Made by a program: the position numbers and the translations under genes. From the IMG/VR virus record IMGVR_UViG_3300048015_000072, positions 37,057 through 101,056 of that record: a stretch of 64,000 nucleotides of DNA; one strand, given 5' to 3'. This DNA comes from a virus. A model generated the notes under the pieces. That model was not told the origin of the DNA, did no database searches, and worked only from the letters and a program-made list of their open reading frames with translations. Below are positions 18,168 through 28,938 of the stretch, piece after piece (positions within the stretch are counted from its first letter, which is position 1; each line of letters starts with the position of its first letter).

Positions 18168-19484
18168 ATGGCAGATACCAAATTTGACCGATTTGTAAGA
18201 ACGCTACCTCCAGTTTTTAAACCAAGGATCAATCCGATCATTGGGGCGCTATTAAAATCCTGGGGTATTGCTCACGACGATTTAGTAGCTCAAATTGAAA
18301 ACACAAAAGAGCAATTGTTTGTTAAAACCGCTCAAGGAACTTATCTGGATCGTCTTGGATCGGGCCTTGGAGTTTCTAGGCCACAATCTTTGGGATTGCT
18401 GGATAGCGATTTTCAAAAACTGATTCCGGTTTTGTCTTTAGAGGCAAAAAATATTCGAAAAGTATTTTATGAAGTGATGGACGTGTTTTGGGGACCCTTG
18501 TTTTCAAGAACCAATGTTACAAGCCAAAACTACGCGCCTTTTAACCTTGTAACTGGAGATACATTAACCGTTTCGGTAGATGGCGGAACCCCGCAAACTG
18601 CAAAAATTCTTAGCGGCGATCTTGCAACTCAAGGAGCTGCGAGCGCAGTTGAAATTGCAAATGTGTTATCAAGAATCTCTGGAGTAACCGTAAGCATTAT
18701 TACGGAGCCTGGAACTTCCCAAGAATACATCAATATCAGGACCAATACGCCAGGTGCTCGAGGATCAATCGAGATTGAAACTTCGACTATGACTAGCGGT
18801 ACTAAGTTAAATTTTGCTCTTAAAAAAACTAGGATTACCGATTTAAGTCAACGGACGGTTGTTTGGGAAATTACCCCCAAAGAACTGTTGATTGAGTTGC
18901 CCGCAATTATTCCAACTCTTCGAAGAACTTTAAAAGGGTCTCATCATTTTCACGCCGATTCGACGTTAGCTAGCCCAGTGCCCCCGGGAAATGGAATTTG
19001 GGAAGGTAGCTTTTTATATTCACCACTTGGCGTTCCTTATACGGTAACTCGTCAAAAAGCCGTTATTGAAGAGGCTCTTTTTGAAGGAAACGTCTATACG
19101 AAAGTAACTGTAGACGATTCCAGCAACATCCCAAACTCTCCCGGAACTTTGATTTTTGGATGGGGTTTAAGTGATGAAGAAGAGCCAGTCAAATACATCA
19201 ACGTGCCAAACAAAAACACGGTGTTATTAGACCCCGGGCATGTGTTTCAAAAAACTCATCTTCCGGGTACTCCCATAAACGTCCTGGTACCTAGCTTGGC
19301 TCCATATGTTCCTCAAATTAATGGAAATGATCTGGCAATTTATTTAACCTCACCGGCGAACTCCAGAAGTGTTGTTCAAAATCTGCTTTCCCAATTAGCC
19401 GCAGCGGGCGTTTTGGTGAAGTTTGCGATTCTATTGCCAAACTACGAATACCTGATTGTAAATCCATATTTGGAAAATACTTAA
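18168..19484 (+). CDS. baseplate wedge (gpI-like) protein
   Basis: TAQGTYLDRLG...VSRP...LLDSDF; C-terminal LAAAGVLV; follows baseplate J. Confidence 0.75.
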   Translation: MADTKFDRFVRTLPPVFKPRINPIIGALLKSWGIAHDDLVAQIENTKEQLFVKTAQGTYLDRLGSGLGVSRPQSLGLLDSDFQKLIPVLSLEAKNIRKVFYEVMDVFWGPLFSRTNVTSQNYAPFNLVTGDTLTVSVDGGTPQTAKILSGDLATQGAASAVEIANVLSRISGVTVSIITEPGTSQEYINIRTNTPGARGSIEIETSTMTSGTKLNFALKKTRITDLSQRTVVWEITPKELLIELPAIIPTLRRTLKGSHHFHADSTLASPVPPGNGIWEGSFLYSPLGVPYTVTRQKAVIEEALFEGNVYTKVTVDDSSNIPNSPGTLIFGWGLSDEEEPVKYINVPNKNTVLLDPGHVFQKTHLPGTPINVLVPSLAPYVPQINGNDLAIYLTSPANSRSVVQNLLSQLAAAGVLVKFAILLPNYEYLIVNPYLENT

Positions 19485-19556
19485 GAGCTTTCGTAGGTTA
19501 AATAAGTTTGGCCCCCTCCGGTATAATTTGAATAGATTCAGAATCCGGAGATCTAA

Positions 19557-22500
19557 ATGATTTTAACGAAACCGCTACTCCTCGCGCAGGAACGACTCGA
19601 TTTAGAAGACATGAATGTTTTGTTCGAGTCTTTGCTGGCAGATGCAAAGTTTCAAACAAAAGAATTTTGGTCGTCAAATCCATACGTTTTCAAAGGTTTT
19701 GTTGTATCCGGACTTGGTGGATCTTCTCCCGTAACAGTTGATTTAACTGACGCCACATTGATAAATGCTGGTAACTCAGGTGACTTTTCTTGGTATGTGG
19801 CACCGGCCTCTCCCTCGCCAATTTCAGTTGGTTTAAATGCAGGAGTTAGAAACTATCTTGAGCTGAGTCTTTCGACCGTAAACGGAACTCCATTGACCAA
19901 AGCTTTTTGGGACCCTTCCGCACAAGGGGGCCTTGGACAAGAATTTAATCAAACGGTAAACACGACGACTAGCCTTGCAATTTCGGTAAATGTTTTGACC
20001 GGGGGTTTTTCGGGATCAACTGATACGGTTCCCTTGGCAATTGTGGATACCGACATTAACAACAGCGTGGAACTCATCATTGATAAACGCCCAATGTTTT
20101 TTAGGCTTGGGACCACAACGAATCCGCTTGCTGGCTTTTCGTGGGTTTCACAAACTGAGCCGCCAACTACTTTAAATTTGATTTCTGTTACCGGAACTTT
20201 TGTTGCCGGAGAAACAATCACGATTGGTTCTGTAACCGCTACTGTAGTGTCCGGTGGAACTAACCAAATCACCGCAATACTTGTTAGTTCTGATGCAATT
20301 GCCGCGGGAGCTACCGTTTCAGGTCAGAGTTCTCTTGCTACTGGAACTTTGTCTACCGCATCGTCTTCTTTTATTGGGGCAGACAAAAGTATTGGCAATA
20401 TCAAAGATATGTTTTCGGCTTTGTCCAACGAACTTAGGGCAATTAAGGGGACTCAATTTTGGTTTAGCCCCGCAATAGCAAGTACTGGCGGAATTCTTAA
20501 CTTCATCAATTCAGTACTGGCCCCTATTACTTCCGGATCTTCTGTATCATGGGATGGAAGCTCTTTAAGCATCACTGATTCAAACACTTCTCCCGCTTCA
20601 AATGACGTCGTAGCTAAAATTCGAATTTTTGGAAAAAGCTCACAAATCGGTTTATCCAGGCAAGATGGTAAAGCTGGAACCTCAAAGCTCGCAATCGCTG
20701 ATGGATCAGTACTTTACGTTCAACTGCCAAGTTCAGGAAGTTTAAACTTTTCGGGAGCTGGATCGGCATCAACTAATTATCAAACTGCAACTCTTTCGGC
20801 TTTTCAACCAAGTGATCAAAATTTCTGGTTGGCATATCGTGAAGGTTCAAAACTGATATTTCGAGGTACTGGAGAACTTTCTGTAAACGAATCATCTCCA
20901 ATTGGTGATACCATCCCAGCCTCTCTTTTGAACAACATCGGACTTGCAGACGAAGTAACTCCAGCAAATTACAGCTCAAACATTAGAGGAACGATTGGCG
21001 AAAGCATCGTATCTCGCGTAGGAGTTTTGACGGACGCAGTTGGTGACGAACAAGAAGACCGATCTGGTTATTTGCGCTCTGACAATCTAGTTACGTGGGA
21101 TGGATCAAATTTATCTTTTACTTCAGATATTATCCTTGAGTTTTTGAATACCAAATCGGGAAGTGTAACCGAACATATAATTCCGGCGTCGTTATCCCCG
21201 ATAGCTATTCCTAGCAACGAAGCGGTTTACGCAGTAATTAACAGATCATCAACCAATGAGACTTTGACTCCGATTCATTCTTTGGTCACTGCAATTCCAG
21301 CACAGCTTCAAGCCAACAAAGATCTTTTCGTATTCTTCAAACACATAGATTCCGGCGGGAACGCATACCTGCATATTCCATTTATGAAACAAATCCTTGG
21401 TCAAGGACAAAGCGTAAGACTTGGTCAATCTGGCGGATCTGGTTCTGGGAATATTCAAGTTACTTATTACGATCCGAATTCAACCAGTTTGCCAACAGGA
21501 ACCTCGGTAACAGTTGACGGGGTAATGGCAACCAACGGAGATACCGTGCTTTATTCCAATTTAACTACTGGTAATAACCAAATCTACACGTTGAGCGGCG
21601 TAGGAAGCTCAATTGTTTGGACTCCGGCTCGCGCATTCAACGGAGCAATTGCACCTTACCTTGGTGCCACTGTGATCGTTTTAAAAGGTAATGCGTTTGC
21701 CAACCAAGTGGGCGAGTACAACGGAAGCACATATAGTTTCAATAATGCGGTTCGATACTTCAATGGAAGCGATTATTGGGAACAAAGTTCAATAAACACC
21801 GTAGCGATTAGCAACAACACGACCGCCAATGTTTTCATGATCAATGCTCCCGGATCAGAAAACATCATAATGGATTATTCCATCATCCGAGGATCAAAAA
21901 AAGAAACTGGACGTCTGTACATTACCCAAGACGGACTTGGCAACGTCGCTTTTGCAAACGATGCAGCTTACATCAACTCCGCTGGGGTTACTTTCAGCCC
22001 ATCAATCAATTCGGGAGTGCTGGTATTAAATTACGTTTCCGATAATTCTGGTAACAGCGGAACAATGAAGTTTTCTATTAAGCGTTGGTCGGATGCTCCG
22101 GGCGGACCCGCGGGAATTCCAAGCTACAGCGGTGGATCAGGAAGCGTTGCTAGCGGCGCGGCTGGTTCTACTTTAGCTATTCAAATCAATGGGGGCGCTG
22201 GAATTTTTGCAGCCGATAACCGATTCCAAATCAATGCTGGTGCAAACGCCTTAGTTTTGAATGGGTTAAATCAAGAGGTTTTATCTAACCCATTTACGCT
22301 TTTAGACGGTCAAAGCAGCCCCACAACGATAGTTTCGTTCGATCAAAATCTCTTCCCCTTCATTGTATTAGAATATTCATTGAGACGTGGTGGGGATACT
22401 CAAGTCGGAAGAATGCTAATCACCAATAACGGAACAACCGCAAGTCTGGAAGACGATAAGGTTGATACCGCTGCTTTGGGAGTCGCATTCACCGCAAGTT

Positions 22501-22589
22501 TAAGCGGTGGACAAGTTCTTCTTCAATATATGTCAACCACATCTGGTTTTACTTCGATTTTTAAATATGCCGCAAGGAAATGGAGCTAA
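19557..22589 (+). CDS. baseplate-attached tail fibre/structural protein
   Basis: 1010 aa, Ser/Gly/Thr-rich, position after wedge genes. Confidence 0.7.
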   Translation: MILTKPLLLAQERLDLEDMNVLFESLLADAKFQTKEFWSSNPYVFKGFVVSGLGGSSPVTVDLTDATLINAGNSGDFSWYVAPASPSPISVGLNAGVRNYLELSLSTVNGTPLTKAFWDPSAQGGLGQEFNQTVNTTTSLAISVNVLTGGFSGSTDTVPLAIVDTDINNSVELIIDKRPMFFRLGTTTNPLAGFSWVSQTEPPTTLNLISVTGTFVAGETITIGSVTATVVSGGTNQITAILVSSDAIAAGATVSGQSSLATGTLSTASSSFIGADKSIGNIKDMFSALSNELRAIKGTQFWFSPAIASTGGILNFINSVLAPITSGSSVSWDGSSLSITDSNTSPASNDVVAKIRIFGKSSQIGLSRQDGKAGTSKLAIADGSVLYVQLPSSGSLNFSGAGSASTNYQTATLSAFQPSDQNFWLAYREGSKLIFRGTGELSVNESSPIGDTIPASLLNNIGLADEVTPANYSSNIRGTIGESIVSRVGVLTDAVGDEQEDRSGYLRSDNLVTWDGSNLSFTSDIILEFLNTKSGSVTEHIIPASLSPIAIPSNEAVYAVINRSSTNETLTPIHSLVTAIPAQLQANKDLFVFFKHIDSGGNAYLHIPFMKQILGQGQSVRLGQSGGSGSGNIQVTYYDPNSTSLPTGTSVTVDGVMATNGDTVLYSNLTTGNNQIYTLSGVGSSIVWTPARAFNGAIAPYLGATVIVLKGNAFANQVGEYNGSTYSFNNAVRYFNGSDYWEQSSINTVAISNNTTANVFMINAPGSENIIMDYSIIRGSKKETGRLYITQDGLGNVAFANDAAYINSAGVTFSPSINSGVLVLNYVSDNSGNSGTMKFSIKRWSDAPGGPAGIPSYSGGSGSVASGAAGSTLAIQINGGAGIFAADNRFQINAGANALVLNGLNQEVLSNPFTLLDGQSSPTTIVSFDQNLFPFIVLEYSLRRGGDTQVGRMLITNNGTTASLEDDKVDTAALGVAFTASLSGGQVLLQYMSTTSGFTSIFKYAARKWS

Positions 22590-22595
22590 GTAAGT

Positions 22596-24629
22596 ATGTC
22601 AAACGTAATGAAGTTTTCAACCCCGATAGTCGTAGGTGTTTTAAGTGCTGATCCTGTATCGCCTCAAAACGGGTTGATTTACTTCAACTCAAGCTCTCAG
22701 ACGTATCGATTTTATAATGGTAGTTCTTTTACTACTCTCGGAACAAACACGCTTAACAACGGTTCTATTTTCGTTGGTAACGGCTCAAACGTAGCAACGG
22801 GCACCGATACTACGGCTCAAGGTGACATCCTTGCTTCTGCAAGTGGTTTGACCATAAAAGCTGGCGTAATTGTTGATTCCGAAATTTCTGCAACTGCGGC
22901 TATCGCACTTAGCAAACTTGCGGCGCTTGCAACGGGTCGCGCAGTCATTACTGATAACAACGGAATTCTGACTGTATCCGCTACTACTTCTCAGCAAATT
23001 GGTTATCTATCAAACGTGACAAGTGATGTTCAGGCCCAAATCAATTCCAAACTCAGTTTGAGTGGCGGAACGATGACTGGCGCGATCAACATGAACAACA
23101 ACTCGATCACCAACTTGCCCTCTCCGACCAACAGCGGGGATGCTGCAAGCAAGAGTTACGTTGATTCAGCGATTTCTGGACTTGATGTAAAACAATCAGT
23201 TCGCGTTGGTACAACTGCGGCTCTTCCTTCGAGCACTTACAGCAACGGATCTTCTGGATTAGGTGCAACTCTTACCGCAACAGCCAACGGCGCGTTTAGC
23301 ACAGTTGATGGCGTCACTCTCGTATTAAATGATCGAATCTTGGTAAAAAACCAAGCTTCAGCTCTTCAAAACGGTATTTACCAATTAAGTCAGGTTGGTA
23401 GCGGAAGTCTTCCTTGGATTTTGACTCGAACTACGGATGCGGATAACTCTCCCGCAAACGAAGTTACGGCAGGAATGTTCACTTTTATCGAAGAGGGAAC
23501 TACTCAAGCCGATACTGGTTGGATTTTAACTGCGGTTAACCCGGTTACTCTTGGAACTACTGCTCTTTCGTTTAGTCAGTTTTCGAGTGCGGGTATTATT
23601 TTAGCTGGAACTGCGTTAAGCAAAGTTGGAAATACCCTTAACGTAAACGTCGGTAATGGTTTATCCACAGACGGTTCAAACAACCTCGTAGTTCTCAATG
23701 CGGATGGTACGATTAACGTATCTTCTGCGGGAATCAAAGTTGGTTCTGCGAGCTTGACCGATACTCAAATTTCTCCAACTGCCGCTATTGCTAGAAGTAA
23801 AATTGCCGCCGGAACCGTTGGTCAAGTCGTAATTAACGATCCAACTACTGGTTTGTTATCTTCTGAGGCAAACCTTGCAATCTCCCGCGGAGGAACAAAC
23901 GCTGCAACTGCACAAGGTGCTATCAACAACATCTCAGGTTTAACGACTACGGGTGATTTGTTGTACTTCGACGGAACCAATTCAACTCGACTAGCTCGTG
24001 GAACTTCTGGATTTATTTTAACTGCTACCGCGGGTTCAATCGGTTGGGCAGACGGAAGCACCGTTTTTGCAAAAATTGATTTGAGCAACTTGGCTGGAAC
24101 TACAGCAATTAACTCGAGTTTATTGCCCGCTTCAGACCTTGCAATATCAATAGGATCGACAACCAAGCGTTTTGTTAACGTAAACACTCCCACAATAAAT
24201 AGCGGAGCTTCAAACCTCCAATTGAATGCTAATAGCGGAGCAAACCCGGTTCAAATTGTAAGCTCTCAAGTTCAACGTGGAGCTTCAACTTCTAGGTACG
24301 TCAACGAACTGTACGTCGATTCCGTAACTTTGGCCGGTAGTACATCGAACACTACCGTAGCCGCCTTTACTGTGGCAACGGCTACCATCGATTCGATGAT
24401 GATCGATTATAAGGTGAAAGACACTGTCACCAGCACGATCCGCGTTGGTCGATTGATGATAGCTCAAGACGGAACGAACACTACCATTACGGATATGTTC
24501 ACTGAAACAGCCGATCAACAAGTTACTTGGACTGCAAGCATCAGCGGAAGCAACTTGGTCGTTCAATACACGAACGCTTCGGCTAACGCCAAGACCATGA
24601 GAGCAGATCTGAAACAGTTCTTGGTCTAA
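22596..24629 (+). CDS. tail fibre protein
   Basis: GGTMTGAINM, DAASKSYVD, DGVTLVLNDRILVKNQ...NGIY fibre motifs. Confidence 0.8.
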   Translation: MSNVMKFSTPIVVGVLSADPVSPQNGLIYFNSSSQTYRFYNGSSFTTLGTNTLNNGSIFVGNGSNVATGTDTTAQGDILASASGLTIKAGVIVDSEISATAAIALSKLAALATGRAVITDNNGILTVSATTSQQIGYLSNVTSDVQAQINSKLSLSGGTMTGAINMNNNSITNLPSPTNSGDAASKSYVDSAISGLDVKQSVRVGTTAALPSSTYSNGSSGLGATLTATANGAFSTVDGVTLVLNDRILVKNQASALQNGIYQLSQVGSGSLPWILTRTTDADNSPANEVTAGMFTFIEEGTTQADTGWILTAVNPVTLGTTALSFSQFSSAGIILAGTALSKVGNTLNVNVGNGLSTDGSNNLVVLNADGTINVSSAGIKVGSASLTDTQISPTAAIARSKIAAGTVGQVVINDPTTGLLSSEANLAISRGGTNAATAQGAINNISGLTTTGDLLYFDGTNSTRLARGTSGFILTATAGSIGWADGSTVFAKIDLSNLAGTTAINSSLLPASDLAISIGSTTKRFVNVNTPTINSGASNLQLNANSGANPVQIVSSQVQRGASTSRYVNELYVDSVTLAGSTSNTTVAAFTVATATIDSMMIDYKVKDTVTSTIRVGRLMIAQDGTNTTITDMFTETADQQVTWTASISGSNLVVQYTNASANAKTMRADLKQFLV

Positions 24630-24657
24630 TACCGACGTTTTTAGTCACTATGAATAC

Positions 24658-24691
24658 AAAGGGTCGTCCCAAAAGGATGGCCCTTTTAATT
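24658..24691 (+). terminator. rho-independent terminator
   Basis: AAAGGGTCGTCC-CAAAA-GGATGGCCCTTT hairpin with T-rich tail. Confidence 0.75.
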
Positions 24692-24783
24692 TGTTCCCGC
24701 CTAAATTCACCCCGTTAAATAAGCGAAAATAAGACATCACATCTAATTAACCCCCTTATGGATTGGGAAGTAGGGAGAGTCTT

Positions 24784-26739
24784 ATGGCTTCAAATTTCAT
24801 GAAAATTAATAACGGTTTGTCTTTGGGGCCTCAAACGGCTGACCCAGCAAATCCGATCAATGGCGATTTTTACTACAACTCAAGCCTTGGACAATTTCGA
24901 AAATATACCAATGGGGTTTGGAGCAATTTAGGAAGCGGTAGCGGTGGATCAACCAATTACATTTTAAATCCAGACTGCGAATCCGGAACTACGGGGTGGT
25001 CAACCTATTCAAACACAGCGCAAGCTACTCCTGTAACTGGAAGTGGTGGAAGTCCGGCAAGTACTTTAACCGCAACTTCGACAACTCCGCTCACGGGAAA
25101 CCAATCATTTTTATTGACTAAATCTGCAAACAACAGACAGGGCGAAGGAGTTAGTTACGACTTCACAATCGATAACGCATACCAAGCTTCCGTGCTCCAA
25201 ATCTCTTTCGATTATCAGCCGTCGAGCGGATATTCGTCTGCAAACTCGGATCTTCAAGTTTTTATTTATGACAAAACCAATGCGGTTTTAATTCCCGTAA
25301 CTCCACAAACTTTGATTGGTTCATCTTTAACCCCGTCGACCCACTTCAAAGGGACATTTCAAACTGCAATAAACAGTACTTCGTATCGTTTGATTTTTCA
25401 CATAGCAACTACCAGTACGACTGCATGGACCTTCAAATTTGATAACGTAAGCGTTGCTTCTCAAATTACCGAATACGGTTTTGCCGGTTTCGATTTTAAA
25501 ACATTTACGGGTTCTGGATCATGGACTACCAACACAACTTACACCGCTTCTTATGCCCGAATTGGCGACAGTATCAAAGTTCGATACGGGTTAACATTAT
25601 CGGGAGCACCAAATAACGTAAATTTAACTTTAAATCTCCCTCCAGGACTTTCGATAGATACTACAAAATTGGTTGGTACTGGCTCTATTCCTGTTGGATT
25701 TGGGGGTGCAGCAAGAAGCGGAGTTTTTACTTTTCAACTTCAAGCTTCTTACAATAGTGCAACGTCGGTTTATATTTCCAACTTTGTAACTCAATCCGGT
25801 TCCAACCCAGTCAACGTAAGCGGAAACCAACAAGTCAATGGCACAACTCCGTTTACTTTTGGTTCTGGAGATTATTTTAACGTCGAATTTACAGTGCCAA
25901 TAATTGGTTTTAGCTCGAACGTAATCGTAAGTTCGGACGCCAATACTCGGGTAATAAGTTTTAGCGGTAGTCAAACTTCGCAAGCGGTAACAAATTCTAC
26001 GAATATTGCGTTCACTTCTAATTTTGATCGAGCAGGAGCGTGGAATGGAACTCAATACGTTGTTCCCGTAGCGGGTGATTATGTAGTTAGTGGATCTTAT
26101 ATTGCAAGCTCTTTGTCCACTGGGCAAGTTTTTAAAAACGGGGCGTTTGTTGGATATTTTGCGACTGCTAATTCTTCGGGAGAAGTTACTGGAGGATCAG
26201 TTCTTGTTACCAACTGTAAAATTGGTGATTTACTTTCAATAGTAAATAACGGATCAACAACAGCGTCCTCCGGGCAAATAGGTATTTATTTACTTACTGG
26301 CCCTTCTCAAATCGCCTCAAGCGAAAGTGTAAACGCAAAATATCAGAATGCGGCGGGAACCGCTTTAAATACCGCATTCTCTCCTCAAACAATACCCTAC
26401 GCGACCAAAATTTTTGACTCTCATTCGGCATGGAATGGAACCCAATATGTAGTTCCCATTGCGGGGAAATACTTCGTAGCTGTAAATATGAATACAAACG
26501 CTGCGGCGGGAGGAGGATCAAGGCTCCAAATAAACATAAATCAAAATGGTGTTATACAAGCAGCACAGGACTATTATGTTTCTACTATAGGCGCAGTAGG
26601 TGGCGGTTTATCCACGTTATTAAATTGCCTTCCTGGTGATTTAATTACAATTTCGGCTGCCGTTGACGGTGGAGGTTCAGATTCTTTAACCACAAACACT
26701 GCTCAAAATACCGTATCCATTTTTAGACAAGGAAACTAA
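24784..26739 (+). CDS. tail fibre/receptor-binding protein with C1q-like repeats
   Basis: ATG 24784 after GGGAG; N-terminus shares motif with preceding fibre; two AWNGTQYVVPxAG repeats. Confidence 0.72.
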   Translation: MASNFMKINNGLSLGPQTADPANPINGDFYYNSSLGQFRKYTNGVWSNLGSGSGGSTNYILNPDCESGTTGWSTYSNTAQATPVTGSGGSPASTLTATSTTPLTGNQSFLLTKSANNRQGEGVSYDFTIDNAYQASVLQISFDYQPSSGYSSANSDLQVFIYDKTNAVLIPVTPQTLIGSSLTPSTHFKGTFQTAINSTSYRLIFHIATTSTTAWTFKFDNVSVASQITEYGFAGFDFKTFTGSGSWTTNTTYTASYARIGDSIKVRYGLTLSGAPNNVNLTLNLPPGLSIDTTKLVGTGSIPVGFGGAARSGVFTFQLQASYNSATSVYISNFVTQSGSNPVNVSGNQQVNGTTPFTFGSGDYFNVEFTVPIIGFSSNVIVSSDANTRVISFSGSQTSQAVTNSTNIAFTSNFDRAGAWNGTQYVVPVAGDYVVSGSYIASSLSTGQVFKNGAFVGYFATANSSGEVTGGSVLVTNCKIGDLLSIVNNGSTTASSGQIGIYLLTGPSQIASSESVNAKYQNAAGTALNTAFSPQTIPYATKIFDSHSAWNGTQYVVPIAGKYFVAVNMNTNAAAGGGSRLQININQNGVIQAAQDYYVSTIGAVGGGLSTLLNCLPGDLITISAAVDGGGSDSLTTNTAQNTVSIFRQGN

Positions 26740-26741
26740 AA

Positions 26742-27581
26742 ATGAGTAAAACCATAAAGGAGTACACCAATTCTTTAGGGTTAATTACGGCAGGTCCCCC
26801 TGATTTCAACGGGGGAGATACTTGTTCTCGCCAAATGACTATTGGTTATTGCACAAAAATATGTTTTCCCGAACGTGACATTTTTGCGGACTACGAAAAC
26901 AAATTAAATTTACTTTTAGACAAACCAACCAACCATTACATACGCTGCCCCGATCCCGTAAATTGTTGTAAAGATCCTTTGAATTTCTCCAGAGATCAAA
27001 TGATTCCTTTGATGGCTTTTTTGATGGCAGAACCAAGTCATACTTGGCACAAATGGAATCTACTTTGGCAGCACGCAAAACACGGATTTTTATTTGCATT
27101 CAATTGGAAAAATAATAATCAATATCCAACTCAAACTCTTCAAGACCAATACGCAAACGGAAATCCTTGGAATTACAAATCCAAAATGCCGGACATTACG
27201 TTTCTGGATATTTGGGGACTTTGGATTCGGGTTCTTAGACTTTATCCGTTGTGGCCGCTTTTGCTCATCACTGATTTTTACAATATTTTTGGATCGTTGA
27301 TTCGAGTGTATCAAACCTATGCTTTTAAATGGTTTAAATGGGGCAGTGGTCCTGACCGAGATAACCAAAACATCATCTTGATTTGTGACACCTCAATTAG
27401 GGTGATGCCTACGCCTCTGGGATATTTGGCTTATTGGCTATTAAAAACAACAGATCTCACCACACAAATAAATGAGTTTTTTATTCAACGTCAAGATCAG
27501 CCTCCCGTTGATCAGTATTTGTTTCGATTGCTTGGTTATCAATATCAAGACTTAAAAGTTTTGCCTTGCGAGGAACCATGA
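26742..27581 (+). CDS. hypothetical protein (Trp-rich, hydrophobic) upstream of endolysin
   Basis: 279-aa ORF coupled to endolysin. Confidence 0.65.
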   Translation: MSKTIKEYTNSLGLITAGPPDFNGGDTCSRQMTIGYCTKICFPERDIFADYENKLNLLLDKPTNHYIRCPDPVNCCKDPLNFSRDQMIPLMAFLMAEPSHTWHKWNLLWQHAKHGFLFAFNWKNNNQYPTQTLQDQYANGNPWNYKSKMPDITFLDIWGLWIRVLRLYPLWPLLLITDFYNIFGSLIRVYQTYAFKWFKWGSGPDRDNQNIILICDTSIRVMPTPLGYLAYWLLKTTDLTTQINEFFIQRQDQPPVDQYLFRLLGYQYQDLKVLPCEEP

Positions 27582-28030
27582 GCATTTCAAAAGAAGAATT
27601 ACTAAAAGGTAGAGACGTACAGTACGCCAGCGATTACACCCAAGAAATCTCAGATAATTTAGACAAGCTTTTGATCCCGTTAAATAAGGTCCGAGACGCA
27701 TTTGGAAAACCAATGACCGTAAATTCCGGATGGCGTCCTCCATCAATTAATGGAGCAACTCCCGGTGCGGCAGCTCATTCAAAACATATGATTGGATTGG
27801 CTGCGGATATTGCAGATCCAAATAATGAAGTGATGAATTGGGTTTTGCAGAATTTAGATTTGATGCAAGAACTTGGATTCTTTTTTGAGGATTTTCGTTG
27901 GACGCCGGGTTGGGTACATTTCGGTTTAGGCGCTCCTGCATCGGGCAAAAGAATATTTGTACCAAGTGCTGCAAGACCTACCGCCCCTGATCGCTGGGAC
28001 GGCCAATACGATTCCAAATACGACGTTTAA
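27578..28030 (+). CDS. peptidase M15A family endolysin
   Basis: SGWRPP..N, SKHMIGLAADI (SxHxxGxAxD), WVH zinc ligands; ATG after GAGG. Confidence 0.88.
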   Translation: MSISKEELLKGRDVQYASDYTQEISDNLDKLLIPLNKVRDAFGKPMTVNSGWRPPSINGATPGAAAHSKHMIGLAADIADPNNEVMNWVLQNLDLMQELGFFFEDFRWTPGWVHFGLGAPASGKRIFVPSAARPTAPDRWDGQYDSKYDV

Positions 28031-28386
28031 TTTGGGTATTCCATATTGAACTTGTTGTAACAGTCCGGACCTGTCGCTAGCACTTCATCCATAGCAAAAC
28101 TAAAATGATGTTCAACAATTACACGATCAAATATGTTTAAGTATGCTTTCCCAACAAATTGAAAACCAGATTCTTTTGAAATTCCGCAAACAATTTTATC
28201 GTCCGCAATTTAATCGTCCGCGGTTTGAACGTACGTTTGCGAACCTACCAAAACCTGTAATGCTTCGGGCCTTTCAAATTCTTGTACATCCATTTCCTCT
28301 TTGTGTTCAGAAGTGTAAATATCTTTGAGTTGGTTTTCGCAAAAACCAGTTCTTAGAAAAAACAATATAAAAATTAATTTGAGCAT
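28027..28386 (-). pseudogene. 120-codon frame interrupted by an in-frame TAA inside a 15-bp tandem duplication
   Basis: ATG 28386, signal-peptide-like start, TAA at 28210-28212, same frame stays open to TAA at 28027-28029. Confidence 0.5.
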
Positions 28387-28395
28387 AAGATGCCC

Positions 28396-28881
28396 TTAGT
28401 GATCTTTTCCGCTGACTTCGTTGAGTATTGTGGGCTTTAAAAGATCCAAGATGACAATCTCAGAAGTGTAAGGGTAGCCCCATCCTCCGTATTCCAATCT
28501 TTTATTACCTCCGGCGATGTAACAAGATCCGCAAGTACATCCCGGCTCATCCTTTTCATTCATCGAATAATGGACCTCTGCGCAATTGTGGCAAAGGATT
28601 CCTTCTTGGTATCGATAATCACCAATGTCTTTTTCGGTCAGGCTTTTAAACACAACAAAATCCCTGCCATTGAGTTCTACGACCTGGACCCCTACATAGC
28701 CCTCATAACCCTTTTGCTTCGCAAGGTCGGGCTTTAACGGCTTATAAATCGCTATTGGCTCTTCGGACTCCCCAATACAAAAAGTAGATATGTATTCGGT
28801 TCCTCCGGGAACAGCACGGGATACTTCTTCGTGGTCCATACTGAAATACTTAGGTCGCATTAAATTAACGGCTTGAGGCAT
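28396..28881 (-). CDS. hypothetical zinc-binding protein
   Basis: CHNC...CTCG..YIAGG. Confidence 0.65.
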   Translation of the reverse strand: MPQAVNLMRPKYFSMDHEEVSRAVPGGTEYISTFCIGESEEPIAIYKPLKPDLAKQKGYEGYVGVQVVELNGRDFVVFKSLTEKDIGDYRYQEGILCHNCAEVHYSMNEKDEPGCTCGSCYIAGGNKRLEYGGWGYPYTSEIVILDLLKPTILNEVSGKDH

Positions 28882-28899
28882 ATTTAACCTTTTGGCTAG

Positions 28900-28936
28900 T
28901 TACGCAATTTAGGTACAGATTTACGCAAACTAGGTA
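28900..28936. repeat. 16-bp direct repeat TTACGCAAnnTAGGTA, 21-bp period
   Basis: Copies at 28900-28915 and 28921-28936 in the intergenic gap. Confidence 0.6.
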
Positions 28937-28938
28937 AT

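Noticed and set aside
26038-26465. Near-identical DNA repeats in the third tail fibre as a possible DGR template/variable pair
   Set aside because: Differences are mostly at third codon positions and not adenine-specific, both copies are in one ORF, and no reverse transcriptase is present; this is a domain duplication.
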